Assembly (NCBI GenBank): GCA_951804945.1
Contig: OX638151.1
Span: 81,964,001 to 82,028,000, forward strand
Reading direction: 5' to 3'
From: Podarcis cretensis
Lineage: Eukaryota
DNA: 64,000 nucleotides
Positions 14,210-30,468 of this stretch are shown here, piece after piece; position 1 is the stretch's first letter, and each line of letters starts with the position of its first letter. A program made the translations under genes and the position numbers. The notes below the pieces were generated by a model, which ran no database searches, was not told the DNA's origin, and was given only the letters and a program-made list of their open reading frames with translations.

Positions 14210-14344
14210 TTATGTTTACTGTTGTGGTACCCGAATGAAGATAGATAAGAGACAGATAGAGTGGTTTGTGAAAATTTATGTATAGCTGTGTTTATACGCA
14301 ATTTTCACATCTCTCGTATTCAGGTACCACAACATTAAACATAA
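14210..14344. repeat. Long imperfect palindrome (Eulor9-like ancient repeat)
   Basis: Outer arms 14210-14236 and 14318-14344 are 25/27 complementary, with inner arms TGTGAAAATT...AATTTTCACA. The Eulor9 resemblance is from memory. Confidence 0.6.
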
Positions 14345-17124
14345 CACAAACAGAAAAGAATCAACATTGAAAGATACTATTGAGAATCTGTATTGTTTCA
14401 GGACTTTGAAGAAATGCTGGCAAGTGTATACTTAAGTCTAATCAGGTTTGTCTTCCAGGAGTCAAGTGTATTTTTATCAAGAGTACTGCATCAAATAAAC
14501 ATCTGTATGTTTATGCTGGTGGGTGTATGAAGTTCTGCAACTTTCCATTGGTCTACCAGAACCACCATCTGTTAGGGTCATAAGGGCCGGGAGATCAAGT
14601 TTAATGCAGCCCTCACAAGTCTCATTAAGTATTTAGCTGTGCATGGCTTAATCTGTTCATAGCAAAAAGCTTTTGGTGTGTCTGTTTAAAATAGAAGTGC
14701 CTGCTTCTGTCCCCAAGGATGTCTTGAGCCTGCTGAAGTCAAATGAAGAGTGGCTGAAATACAATTGATTGCTGATTGAAACCAACCAGTAGCAGTTTAG
14801 ATCGCATGTAAATTACCTGCAAGAGTTTTATACCAAGAATTTGACTGATTGTGTCAAATTAATATTCATATCCCCCTCACCTCCCAGTTCTTCCTAGCCT
14901 ACTTTTGTCACATGTTCCCTTGATGAGACCACCACCCTATTCATCCTATTGTCTTTACAGTCCGTATGAGCTGTGGTCCCCTAGTTTCTCACTGTTCCCA
15001 GAACTTCCTGCCTACTTAACCTCACAAGTTTTGACAGTTTATGAACATTCCCGTTTTGCATCTAATTTGAAAGACTATTAACATACTGGCACATTCATGC
15101 TGAAGTTGAATTTCCAGAAGGGTGTTGATGGGTTGCAGAATTCAGGTTTTTAAGGCCTAAAATGATCCTCCAGAGCTTCTGCAATGTTAGAAAGGCAGTG
15201 GCAGCCAGAGGGGACATCGGTCCTCTGCCAGCACAGACCTACTTGGACATCAGAACAGATATACCTTCAATATAAAAAGAGATAGGGCAAGCAAGCAAAG
15301 GGGACAATGGCCGAGGAAGTATCGCTGGGGCAGCGGGAGCAGAGTGTAGGCTGTTTTGACATGGCAACAAATATTTTTTAACTGCTAATGTTGTATCATA
15401 TTTATAAACATCTTATTCAGCAGAGCTCTTCTGGTAGTAAATCACCTACTAAGTCTAAACTGTTTCCACCTGGAATCAGTCAAGTTCTTACAGGCTTAAT
15501 ATATATTGCCATTCATCATTCAAACAAATGAAATCAATCCTTTCTAAATCCCCATTCTAGCAGGATACTTCTTTATTGCTCAGTTTATTGCAGCATGTGT
15601 TTATGACAGTGAATTTTAATGGGCTGATTGACTCACTTTAAGAAATATATACCGTATTTGCTAAAATGCGCCTATCCTGGCAATAATGGTAAGTAATAAT
15701 TCTAAACATGCTTGGATTGCAGCTGTACATGAAGTTCAGCTTTCTTTTGGCTTAAATACCAATAATATAAAACATCCTCCAAACCACAAATTAATATATA
15801 TTCAGGCTCTAATTGACATCACAGACTATAAATAAGAGATTATGCTAAGATACATTTAGTATCTCAGTAGTTTCCTGCTGTATCTTCTGATAGCTGGCTT
15901 ACTATTTTTAACAACCGCAACACGTGTATCACATTATTTTAATAAGAGAGAGTGCTGGAATATTTGTTCTGTTTGAAATGTTGATAAATTTAAGTGCATT
16001 AGAGAAATAATTATAATGGGTCTCAAATCCAAGTAAACGTGATAAAAACTGAGCTGTTTGCTTCAGAGGTTGAACAGTGACTATACATTAATCAAAATTT
16101 ATGGTATAAAAGCCGTATGAAAAGGAGAGAAAGGATTAAGTTAAGCACTGCATTGTTTACCCTGAATTTTGTGCACTAACAGCTGAATAACCTGCCTAGT
16201 TAGGATTAATGGAAAGATGAAAAGAACAGCAGAATACAGGGATGCATGCAAGTTTCAGCAATGATTAAAAAAATTATATATATATTTAATTAAGGCGGAG
16301 CCAAGACATATAAAATAATTTAAAAGAAAACAAACATTTAGCATACCTAAATTGCATCTATTAATTATTAAAATTATCCCCCTCCTTTCATCCAAGGAGC
16401 TCAACATGTCATACACAGTTCTCCCCCCTAACTCCATTTTACTTCACCACAACCCTGTGAGGCTGAGAGAGCAGAATGACTGGCAAAAGGTCACCCTGTG
16501 AGGTTCTGAAGGAATAAGGCTACAGTTCATGGCTGAGCAATGATTTGAGCCTGGATCTCCCCAGTCCTCACCTAACATTCTAACCACTATGCAACATTTA
16601 TGTTATAAATACAATTTTTATGATAATTATTAAAGCAGTAAAACCTCACTCACTAAAGCTGCAATCATATCCACATTTACTTGAGAATAAGTTCTACTAA
16701 ACACAGTGGGACTGACTTCTGAATAAACATACGTGGGAGTGGGCTGGGTGTCCCTATCCCATGTCTCAACAAGAAAAACCAGGTCCTCCCTATGATTATA
16801 TACAACTAGAATAGACATGAAAACGTGCTTCCCCTCCATTATTCAGTGAGGTCAACACTGAAGGATATGTTGCTGTGCAGTTCACAGTCTCTCTGGCTTC
16901 TCCATCCCATTGCCAGATTTGATGAAAATTATATTTAAATCTGACTTCTCCTTCCTGTTTGTATTCAAAGCTAGCAGGCATTTAAGCCTTTCTTCCCTTC
17001 TCTGGGACTACTTAATGTGCCTAAGGGAAGGCAGAAGAGAACCCCAGGCCAGGAAGTCTGTAATAATTGGCTCCTAAAGGAACCATCAGTGGGCAAGATG
17101 CTGAGGGCACTGTTGGAGCAGGCC

Positions 17125-17633
17125 CTCCTTTCCTTTGTTGTTGTTTAGTTATGTCCAACTCTTCATGACCCCATGGACCAGAGCACGCCAGGCACTCCTG
17201 TCTGCCACTCCTTTCCTTGTTGTTGTTTAGTCGTTTAGTCGTGTCCGACTCTTCGTGACCCCATGGGCTAGAGCACGCCAGGCACTCCTTCCTTCCACTC
17301 CTTTCCTTGTTGTTTAGTCGTGTCCGACTCTTCGTGACCCCATGGACCAGAGCACGCCAGGCACTCCTGTCTTCCACTCCTTTCCTTGTTGTGGTTGTTT
17401 AGTCGTGTCTGACTCTTCGTGACCCCATGGACCAGAGCACGCCAGGCACTCCTGTCTGCCACTCCTTTCCTTGTTGTTGTTTAGTCGTGTCTGACTCTTT
17501 GTGACCCCATGGACCAGAGCACGCCAGGCACTCCTGTCTGCCACTCCTTTCCTTGTTGTTGTTGTTTAGTCGTTTAGTCGTGTCCGACTCTTCGTGACCC
17601 CATGGACCAGAGCACGCCAGGCACTCCTTTCCT
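17125..17633 (-). repeat. Tandem array of six 5'-truncated Bov-B (RTE LINE) 3' tails separated by CTCCTTTCCT
   Basis: Six units of about 80-90 nt: (TTG)n-TTTAGTCGTGTCCGACTCTTCGTGACCCCATGGACCAGAGCACGCCAGGCACTCC, which is the reverse complement of the Bov-B 3' end. Confidence 0.85.
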
Positions 17634-18679
17634 AGAGCTACCTAAAGACTTGTATGCCCTGAGGGAAGGCAGAAACCCAGACCAGACAGCTGATGCTATC
17701 AGCTCCTGAAGGGACTTGTTGGCCTGATAGTATTCTATATTTTATACCCTTTTTTTGAAGGTTAAGGTTGGAAGTCACCTTGAGTGCCTTGGCAGAATGT
17801 GGTATAAAAATGCAACGGATAAATAAATTTCCATTAAGCCTTGTGGTTTTCCTGCTGGCAATAATAATAATAAACAGGCTAAAGCAGTTGAGGCCAACAA
17901 TGCACAGTTGGCATGATGTTTGTATGTGCTTTAAATCAGGTCCTTCCACAATCTGGGCCATCTCTACCATGGCCCTGGGACCTTAGGGTGAAGGGGTGGG
18001 CAATAAATAAATAAGACTATGAATCAGAGTGAAGTGGCCACCTTGGGTTTATGAGGGGTGTCATTAAAGGGCAAGCAGGCTATTTCTACAACTTCTACTG
18101 CTGCCACTTCATCATTGGCTAACCTGCTCCATCCTATTTATGAGATATGAATTAATGGAAGCTATTATGGCGAATATAATGTTCTATATCTCAGATAGCC
18201 CCAAATGATGGAAAGGTATTAAAGATGGCTTGGCATTAATATTACAATGCAGTGGCATTTAAGAACGTAAGAATAGTCCTGCCTGTGGGAAGCCTTGCAA
18301 GCCGGACCTAAGCGCCAGAGCACCCTCCCCTCCTGCAGTTCCCAGCAACTCAGAAGCATATGTCTTTCTTAACACTTGTGTTATTGACAGTTTCCCATGC
18401 CTCTGCTCTGATACATGGTTCAAAACCAGAAGCAAAGCCGTAACTTATCTCCCATGCATTACTGATGCTCCAGATGCTCCCATCTTGGCACCTGAGCCGC
18501 ATCTCGATTCCCCTACAAAGCCCTAGCTTGAGTGTGGACATAAATAAAGCTGAGGCAGAGACTCTTCAGCTCTTGAGCCCATTTCTCCAAACGATAGAAT
18601 TATTGCACTAGCTCCTTCTGTGGGTTATTGAAATGTGAGACCGGTCACTTCTCTCAGCTCAGCTGCCTTTCCTGGAAGC

Positions 18680-19700
<1,021 letters not shown>

Positions 19701-19834
19701 CCCTCCTTGTTATGGAAGAAAATGAAAATTGATCTCGTTCCCAGAGGGCAACCTGTCCTGGGAAAAGCAGTGCAATGATATTTATAGCAGTATCTCTCCC
19801 TCTCTCCCCCCCCCCCCCCGCCCACCGCTTGGGT

Positions 19835-20060
19835 ACAGGGTGTCGCTTTCTGGCTAATCTGTGGGCGTGGAGGAGGAGGAATTGGTTCCTAGGCATTTGC
19901 TAGGAGATGACATGGACCTCCATACACACTGCCCAGGGTTGTGCCCCAGAGAGGTCACTTGGGTGCTGCCAATGCAGCACATTGATTTCACCCCCAGAAG
20001 GGCACTCCATTGTCAGACAGAAAGGTGCCAACAAGCGATGTGGTCCTACAGGCACCCTGT
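19835..20060 (-). mobile_element. Probable fragment of an RTE-type LINE 5' region
   Basis: Reverse strand reads GTTGGCACC...GACAATGGAGTGCCC...CAGCACCCAAGTGACCTCTCTGGGGCAC, recalled as a lizard RTE 5' UTR. A related motif (CAGCACCGAAATGACCTCCCCAGGG) recurs at about 30166-30190. Confidence 0.35.
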
Positions 20061-20118
20061 GGGTTATAGTTACGTGGCTTGAAAGTTTGCCACAGACTAT
20101 GTTCCACCTAGGCCAGTA

Positions 20119-20344
20119 CAGTGGACGCTCGGGTCGTGAACGTGATCCGTGCGGGATGCAGGTTCTCAACCCACAGTGGCGCGTCTGCGTAGGTTGCAAT
20201 TCGGTGCTTATACGCAATTTATCGCTCCTGCGCATGCGTGACCCCCGAAACCTGGAAGTAACCCATTCCGGTACTTCTGGGTTTCGGCGGGTCCGTAACC
20301 CAAAAAAGCTCAACCTGAAGCGTCTGTAACCCGAGGTATGACTG
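20119..20344. mobile_element. Tigger/mariner-like MITE
   Basis: TA|CAGTGGACGCTCGGGT ... AACCCGAGGTATGACTG|TA terminal inverted repeats with a TA target duplication. Confidence 0.8.
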
Positions 20345-20493
20345 TACTGTCTATTCTATCTGTCAGGGACCACAGTAGTATGAGACCTTTGCTACCACTG
20401 TTGCCTGAGATATGTTCAACTAGACATTTAGCCCAGAACTTTTGCATCATAAGCGTTACCCATTTATCCAGGTCTTTGTCATCTTTTGTTATA

Positions 20494-20848
20494 CAGTGGT
20501 GCCTCGCAAGACAAAATTAATCCATCCCGTGAGGCTCTTCGTATAGCGGTTTTTTCGTCTTGCGAAGCAAGCCCATTGACAGCTTAGCGGATTAGCGCTA
20601 TTAGCGGTTTAGCGGCTTTTAGTGGATCAGCTGATAAGCGGCTTATCAGCGGATCAGCTGATAAGCGGCTTAGCGGCTTAGGAAAAGGGGGGGAAAGGGG
20701 AAAAAACCCGCAGGAACTCGCAAGACATTTCGTCTTGCGAAGCAAGCCCATAGGGAAATTCGTTTTGCGAAGCGCCTCCAAAACGGAAAACCCTTTCGTC
20801 TAGCGGGTTTTCCGTCTTGCGAGGCGTTCGCCTTGCGGGGCACCACTG
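20494..20848. mobile_element. Tigger/mariner-like MITE with internal TAGCGG/CAGCTGATAAGCGG repeats
   Basis: TA|CAGTGGTGCCTCGCAAG ... CTTGCGGGGCACCACTG|TA terminal inverted repeats. Confidence 0.85.
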
Positions 20849-20939
20849 TATTAGTAATTATGTAAATTTATTCATGTTGGAAGCCACCTTAAGAATGGTT
20901 TTTTAACTATGGACAGGTGGCATACAAATAAAATGATCA

Positions 20940-21398
20940 TAGATCATAGAAAGATAGTTGTAAGGGAGCCTGAGGATCCTCTAGTGTCTAGTCCAAGCCC
21001 CTGCAATGTAGGAATATGCAGCTGTCCCATACAGCAGTGGTTCCCAATTAGCTAATTACTCAGGACACCCTATTTTTCAAAAGCCAAGCCACAGACCCCC
21101 TACTTTTGAAAATTTTGATAACTCTATGGTAGTTACCTCTGCAAAACAATTTTTTGAACAAAATGTGGGGTGGCCCCAAATAAGCAAAGGATTTTAGGTA
21201 TACTAAAAAACAAACAGATCATAATTTTTTTGTTATTACAATGCAAAAATAACAAAAAAATTAATTGAGGGGGAGGCAAGGGATGGGGCCACGGACCCCT
21301 GGGTGCGTTCTCCAGACCTCTAATTGGGAACCACTGCCATACAGGGATCAAACCTGAAACCTTGGCATTAACAGCACCATGCTCTAACCAACTGAACT
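20940..21398 (-). mobile_element. tRNA-derived SINE with CR1-like tail (Squam3-like), interrupted by a hAT MITE
   Basis: The tRNA-like head is on the minus strand at 21345-21398 and the CR1-like tail (CATAGA...GTCCAAGCCCCTGCAATG) at 20940-21026. The two halves rejoin once the MITE is removed. Confidence 0.6.
21035..21336. mobile_element. hAT-superfamily MITE
   Basis: Perfect 17-bp terminal inverted repeats CAGTGGTTCCCAATTAG / CTAATTGGGAACCACTG and a perfect 8-bp target duplication CCATACAG (21027-21034 and 21337-21344). Confidence 0.9.
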
Positions 21399-23087
21399 GT
21401 ATGTATGTATGTATCCTGTCTAGCTATTTTTATCTGAGTACTTAAAAGCATGTTTTCAGTCAATTCCTCCCTGCCACTTTGCGACCCCAATAATGAAATT
21501 AAATGGAACGCCACATAAGGTGACAAGATGTAAATGAAGCAGGGCAGTGAATTTTGATAGTTGCAGCTAGCTATTAAAGTTATGGAGCCCTCTCCTCCAT
21601 TGCATTTGCTTGCCTTCTACATTTTTTTGTTTTGTCTTGGACAGGCTTCAGTAGTTTTGTGGGTTTAAAAAAAAATATTTGCTAAAAAGTCTTCCCATTT
21701 TCAGCTATGAGATTCCTCTCTTCAGTAGGGAGCACTTTGTAGGGAAAGTTTATTCAGATAGCAGAATACAGCTAGGACTGCAGCATTTAAACCATTAATT
21801 AGTTAGATGAATCACTTTCGTAACTCTTTAATTGAATAAAAGTGCCCCAATTAACTGGGCAGCAATATTAAAACATGACATTATCTTTAATATATGTACT
21901 TATAAATAGAAATGGCAAGCAGCATATTAAAAAGGTATTCCTCCTTTTTTCTCACATTAGGAAGGCCTCTTCTAATATCAGACCAGCATCACACAGCAAT
22001 GCATTATCTAAAAACCAAAAAAGCAGCACTATTGTTTCCCTCATATGCAAAATTGATATCTGTCTGCTAGCAAAAAATATTTACCCTGTTCTCCAAGCAT
22101 AGTAGGGTTTCTTTAGTTCCTTTGTAGGGCGTGGAAGACTCTTTCCCGCATGAGAACCCAATATGCAAATAATTGTAAATAATTATCCTTTCCCCCTATG
22201 ATTGAAAGACCAGCCAATGAATAAGGCATATAATTAAAAAGCTAGGTATTATATTGTACAACCTGATGTTATCCATTCTAACAAGTGCCCAATAATTACT
22301 GACTTGTGTGGAGTCTTTTGATATGTATGGAGTGACACCCCTACTTCCCAGTTATTCATTTCACAGAAAGGAGCAAATTTGTGCATGCTTTTCTCTGTGG
22401 GTTTGTGTAATCCTCACCATATCTAGTGGCAATGAATTCAGCATAATATTATTCATTGTGTAAAGTTATTTCTTTTGTTTCTCCTGATACTTCTGCCTAT
22501 GTGAGGATGTTTGTCTTATGTGAGGGAAAATATATCTGAATTCATCTTCTCCATTCTGTGTGCTCTTTCATGATTTTCCCCCCATGTCTGAATCTTTAGT
22601 ATATTTGTTTTAAACTGAAAACTCATTTTCTGGTGCCCCAGTCCCATGCTGAAAAAATAGTGGCATTATATTCAATCAAGTTGTTGACCTGTTTATCTCA
22701 GTACAGTGTGCTTCAGTACAGTGTGCTTCAACTGGTGTTTGATCTCCTGAGCGATATTGTAGTCTGACAAAAAAAGCAGGGGTTCCAGAAAGAGAATTGT
22801 GCCTTTGGAGAATTTTCAGTTGCAGGATTGTTGGCATTCATTTTTGTGTCTGCCCCATTTCTGCAAATCGCTATTAGAGTAATCACAATGTGAATGATCC
22901 AATACCAGGAAAAATACATTTAAGTGAACTCTAAACATACTAATAAGTTCCTAGCTCGTTTTAGTTTCAATAATTATATATGTTCAAAATTTATGGCTAT
23001 GATTCCCAATACTGATAGAATTATTGAAAGTGTGTCTTTAATAGTCTTAATACACAAGATGAGTCTGCTGCAGCTAGGTATTGCTAA

Positions 23088-25062
<1,975 letters not shown>

Positions 25063-25244
25063 TGAACACCACCTTGTCACTTACTTATTCTGCAAAGCAT
25101 TTCTTTAAGATAGTTGCCTTTCATATCTCTTAAGATTGAAAAATAAAACAGGCACAAGCTTATAAACTCTAGTTTTTAAAATTGCATGCGTGCTCAGTAT
25201 GTAAGAAGCTGCAGTTTTCTTGCGATCTTCCAGTTCTGCTTTAA

Positions 25245-25394
<150 letters not shown>

Positions 25395-26076
25395 TAAGTC
25401 TGAGGATCATGAGACAAAAATTCAATTGCATACTAATGATTGTGTGTATTATGTTCCAGGAGAATATTTGTGAACAACAGTGATGGTAACCAGTGAGGAT
25501 AAGGTAAACTTGAGCTGGTCCTGCAAAGGTTCAGTCATCCTGGCTCCTTTGTAAATAATTTGAACACTAATACTGTACAGGTAATACTGTACTTGTTTAT
25601 CTGGTAATAAATCCCATTGAATGCAGTGGGGCTTACAGCTGAGTAGAAATGCATAGAATTGTGCTGTGTGGCTGGCTATTCTCAGGCAGGCAGGCAGGCA
25701 GTGAGGTAGTATAGCTTCAAAATTCTGGCACTACATTTGAAATGTTGGATTAAAATGTAAGTATTAAAATCATCTTGCTGACTGACTCCTAGTGAGCTCA
25801 TTCTTGTTGCACCAGGTTTGAAAAAATAAAGTTTTGAGACAAAGTAGATTTTGTCTGAGATAGTAACAATGCATAGATAATTTTTAATAGCTTGTTATTC
25901 CAGTCTGAAAAAAATAGAATAGAATAGAAGCATAAACCACGGGAATCCTCAAAACTACTCTTTAAATTTTCCTTTTAAAGTTTTGGGGTACTTTTGGCAT
26001 ACAATACCGTTACAAAAACAAACAAACAGTACCTCAAACAAATTAAGCAAACTGTTTGGGTTACAATGTTCCTTAA

Positions 26077-26484
<408 letters not shown>

Positions 26485-28621
26485 TGCCTCTATTTCTTTA
26501 ACACCGTTTTTTATGAGCACAAAATAAGGAGAACAGAAATTGTCCAAAGCTTATATGATATGTAAGGTAACTGATAAATGAGAGGTCTTGCTATGTGCCC
26601 TTTCAGTCCCTGCTTCAGTGTGCAGAACTCCTTTTAAGATTTTATTTTTTATTTTTAAAGAAACATTTACCTAGTCTAGATTCTATTTCCCTGTACTTGG
26701 AACCCAATAGTAGGCGATCCTGTGCCCAAGTTAAGCTCCCTGCATCCATGCAAGCTGTCGTTAGTCCTGGCAGTGATGTAACTTCAGCTGCTGAAAGACC
26801 AATCAGCTTTCCTTATCAGAATTGTAATTGCCCTTTGCTCCATGTTCTTTCAGTTGGCAGAACCTAATGTCAGTTTAACATTGTGCTGGATAGAAGCTGT
26901 ATGAGAGGTTTCCTCCTGTTTAATGTGGGGATAGAGGCAGAGCCATTCAGCCATGCCCTCCTTGGCTCTCACATAGTGCTTTTGTAGATATTGTAGTGCA
27001 AGCAAGGCTTGTTCTGCATATCTACACCTGGAAAAGGGCAGAGCTGCTCAACAAGTAGCCTTTTGCTATTCGTTTTAACGTGACATGAATTAGATGCAGC
27101 TACAGGTTGTTATACTTCATTTTGCTGTTTTCTTTGGCATTATTTCTCTGCCTGCTTTATTGTCATACCAAGAATAACCAGTTCAAATCTGAGTCTGCTG
27201 TTCTTGTATGTTCTTTGGGTAATTAGGGTCTTTTGTTGAGGGTGGGGGTGCTGAGGGAGGCATTATAATGTGTGTGTTGAGTTTGAAATGCCATTTCAAA
27301 TTCAGGTGGTCTAATTGTTTCAGATTAGAGAAGTACATTAGCAGGCTAGTATGGGAAATTTTGTATAACATAGGGTAGTTGGAATCTCACATCCTTCCGA
27401 GTTTATGTTTTTTCAAATATAATTTATATTTAAAAGCCTAGCAATTTATTTCCATTTGGGGCTCCATGTTGAAAGAGAAGTGCTAACTGATCTTAATTAA
27501 CTTCTATCAAAATCCCAATCTATAGATCTGCAAGCACATTCAAGCTTTTGGAACTCAATTTTCTTGCCAAATAGATGATAGGCAAGAGGGGGAAGGAGTA
27601 CCCAGATAGTCTTTCCTTTCCTTCAGTAACGTACAGGCTGTGCATGCAGATTTGGCAGTGTGTTGGGATGGGATGCATTTCAGTCTGGTCTGAATACGCA
27701 GCAGAATGAGGTATAAGTAAAGGGCTGGATTAGATTGTACTGCTTCATATGGGCAATACCACTTTTGAATGCTCTCCCTGCTTTTATAATTCCCAAAGGC
27801 AATGAAAATAGAAAGTCATATCAGGCAAATAGTTTGGCTACAATCTACTCCCTGTTGTACTTACCTTCTATTGGTAGGGAGTGTTTAACATAAGGGAACA
27901 TTCAAAATGTGATTTATTTACAAACCAGAATTAGTACAGTTCACTCTATGAAAACATTCTGCTGTATGTGTAAGATACAGCCTTTGATCCTGTACAGTGG
28001 TCTCTCAGCATTTGCAAAGTGGATGATTATCACATTGTCAGTCACTGGATTGTGACCAATGTTTAGTAGAAAGCAGTCTAATAATACGTAATGGAAATTT
28101 AAAAAGTGATAATTGGTTATATAAAGTCATTTTGTAATACTGTAATATAAGTTGTTAAGCACATGCTTTTCATGTGTAGTCAAAACATTTTTGTGAAACC
28201 CTTAAAACAGTAATATTTGTAGTGTAAGAATCTTGCTACATTATATATTTTCAAACTGTCATTGTGTTATGAGATTAATGTAGAAGACACCTTCTTCAAA
28301 CATTTTAAAGTTCTGAGCCCCTGAAACTATTGAACTATTGAGTATAAAATAATTATTGGCTTGTCTAACCCAAGTAAGAGAAGGTATTCTGAAAATATTT
28401 TGTATTTTATAATATCTTACATTTGCATTGTGTAGTAATGTTTGGGAACCTATAATTTGTGTTTAAGTGTATAGTACTAGCTGTGATGTCTGTTACATGG
28501 TACAAACATTGTATTAAGTAACTGTGGTGGCAGTAAAACCACATTTCACTTCATGAGCAATTATACAATTTTGTGTTGGAAATAGCATTATTGTTATTTC
28601 ATAACTTAAGATATTATTTTC

Positions 28622-28669
28622 AATAAAACACATGAAGTTCCTTGTCATTCCCTTTTTCAAACAAATAAA
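28622..28669 (+). terminator. Candidate SRSF12 polyadenylation signals (AATAAA at 28622 and 28664)
   Basis: Two AATAAA hexamers at the end of an AT-rich, repeat-poor stretch of about 2.1 kb that looks like a 3' UTR. Confidence 0.5.
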
Positions 28670-29405
28670 AACATACACACACATACTTCATAAGTACTGT
28701 GCACACCAGCATAGCAGAGTGTTTCGCATAGGGGAAGAGTGACTTGCCCAAAGCAACACAATTTATCTAGGATTGGGTTCTTAGTTTTGTTCCACACTGC
28801 AGGAACCTGCTTCCACACTGCTGTTCCTCACAGTGCCAGGTTGGATGAGAAGTTCAGAACCATACAGGAGGGCTCATCTGGCAATAATGCCCCCTGCGAC
28901 ATTAGCACAATGTTTGAGGGTTGAGGCTATTGTGGGAAAGAGTTGCAGCATGGACTTCTCCTCCTGTATGATCCCAGGCATGTCACACCACTGAGAAGAC
29001 ATGAGATCCCAGTTTTATTGTAGATCTGCACATAGGGAATAAGAGAGTAAGATGCTGGGCTACTGTTGCAGTTCAGACTGTAGAGTGGATTTATTTATTT
29101 GCTTTCCCCCATTTTTTGTAAAAATGCACACTTTCATCCTTGCATGCAGTGGTCAGAACACGCAGAAGAAAGATTAAGTGTAGCTTTCTCTGTTTTCAGT
29201 TTACTACATATGTAGATCTTTTATTGTTCAGAACATTAAAAAAAAGAATTACAAGAAACAAGAGGGAAATAGCAACATAGTCTGGGAAATGCTAAGATTT
29301 GTGGGTGTATTAAATAAGATTTGGGTGGGAGACAAAGGGAGGACCCCTCAAAAAACCATACAGTGAGGACTGAGCACAGTTAGTGACCATAGAATGTGTG
29401 AGAGG

Positions 29406-29891
29406 TGTTGGATCAATCCATCAACCTCTGATGGGTGATTTAGAAGGATTGGGTCCAGCATCACTTTTGCTGTGTGTGTATCTATACTTGGCCGTTACAT
29501 CTCAACGCAGCTCCTTCCTTGGAAGCATCTTCAGGTTTGAAGGTACACACAGTAGGCAATAAGTGCTCATGGACGTCATAAAGATTCAGTCAAGTGCAGA
29601 GGTTTACTTGACAGGCATAAAAGCATACTGGTAACAAATATATACAGACGTTTACCACTGTTGTGGTCAAGGCATGCTTAGAGTTCAACAAGAGTCCAAG
29701 ACTCACTGCTCTCACCACAAGTCGCAAGCAAGAGACTGAACAAGTTAAAAGAAGTTTCACAGAACCATTGTTATCAGTTCTTCCTGTGCGTGTCCTTACA
29801 TAGACAAAACAATCTCAGCCTTCTGCTGCTGCTGCTTGAAACTTTTCTGTTTCTGGAACAAATTATTCTCTTACACACAGAATATCCAACA
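29406..29891. mobile_element. Solo LTR (486 bp, TG...CA; possibly copia-like)
   Basis: 8-bp terminal inverted repeat TGTTGGAT...ATCCAACA, with flanking 5-mers AGAGG and AGGGG (4/5 target duplication match). Confidence 0.65.
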
Positions 29892-30216
29892 AGGGGAAGA
29901 ATGGAAAACTAGGAGAGAAGGGATGGAAGGAAGAGTACATTGCTAACTGGCAAGAACCTGAACAGGAGTACTCTACCCAGCAACCTTCTGTTGCAGGTAC
30001 AGCTTGTCCTGTAAAGTTTGTAGATAAGTTATTAATGAGCAAAAACTAGTTTTTGTAGAAAGTTTCTAGTCTTGGTAGAAAGTTAAGCTCACAAGTATAC
30101 AGTAGCAAAATGGTAAGTCCAGCGTTAAGAACTTTTTGAAAGAGATTGAACAGCAAATACCTGTTCAGCACCGAAATGACCTCCCCAGGGTGTATATAAT
30201 CATCTTAATGCCATTA

Positions 30217-30468
30217 CAGTGGTACCTCAGAAGTCGAACGGAATCTGTTCCAGAAGTCCATTCAACTTCCAAAACGTTTGGAAACCAAGGTACAGATTGC
30301 AATTGGCTGCAGGAAGCTCTTGCAGCCAATCAGAAACTGCGGAAGCCCTGTCAGTTGTTCGGGTTCCAAAGAGTGTTCACACACTGGAACACTCACTTCC
30401 GGGTTTGCAGCATTTTGGGGAGCCAAAATGGACAAGTACCAAGGCATTCAGGATGCAAGGTACGACTA
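30217..30468. mobile_element. Tigger/mariner-like MITE (diverged right end)
   Basis: Starts TA|CAGTGGTACCTC and ends CAAGGTACGACTA, with an internal GCAGCCAATCAGAA motif as in the related copies. Confidence 0.7.

Noticed and set aside
17125-17633. CRISPR-like array, and ORFs 17021..17377, 17268..17462 and 17314..17544
   Set aside because: The units are near-identical with no unique spacers, there are no cas genes, the context is eukaryotic and the unit is a Bov-B tail. The ORFs are by-products of the repeat.
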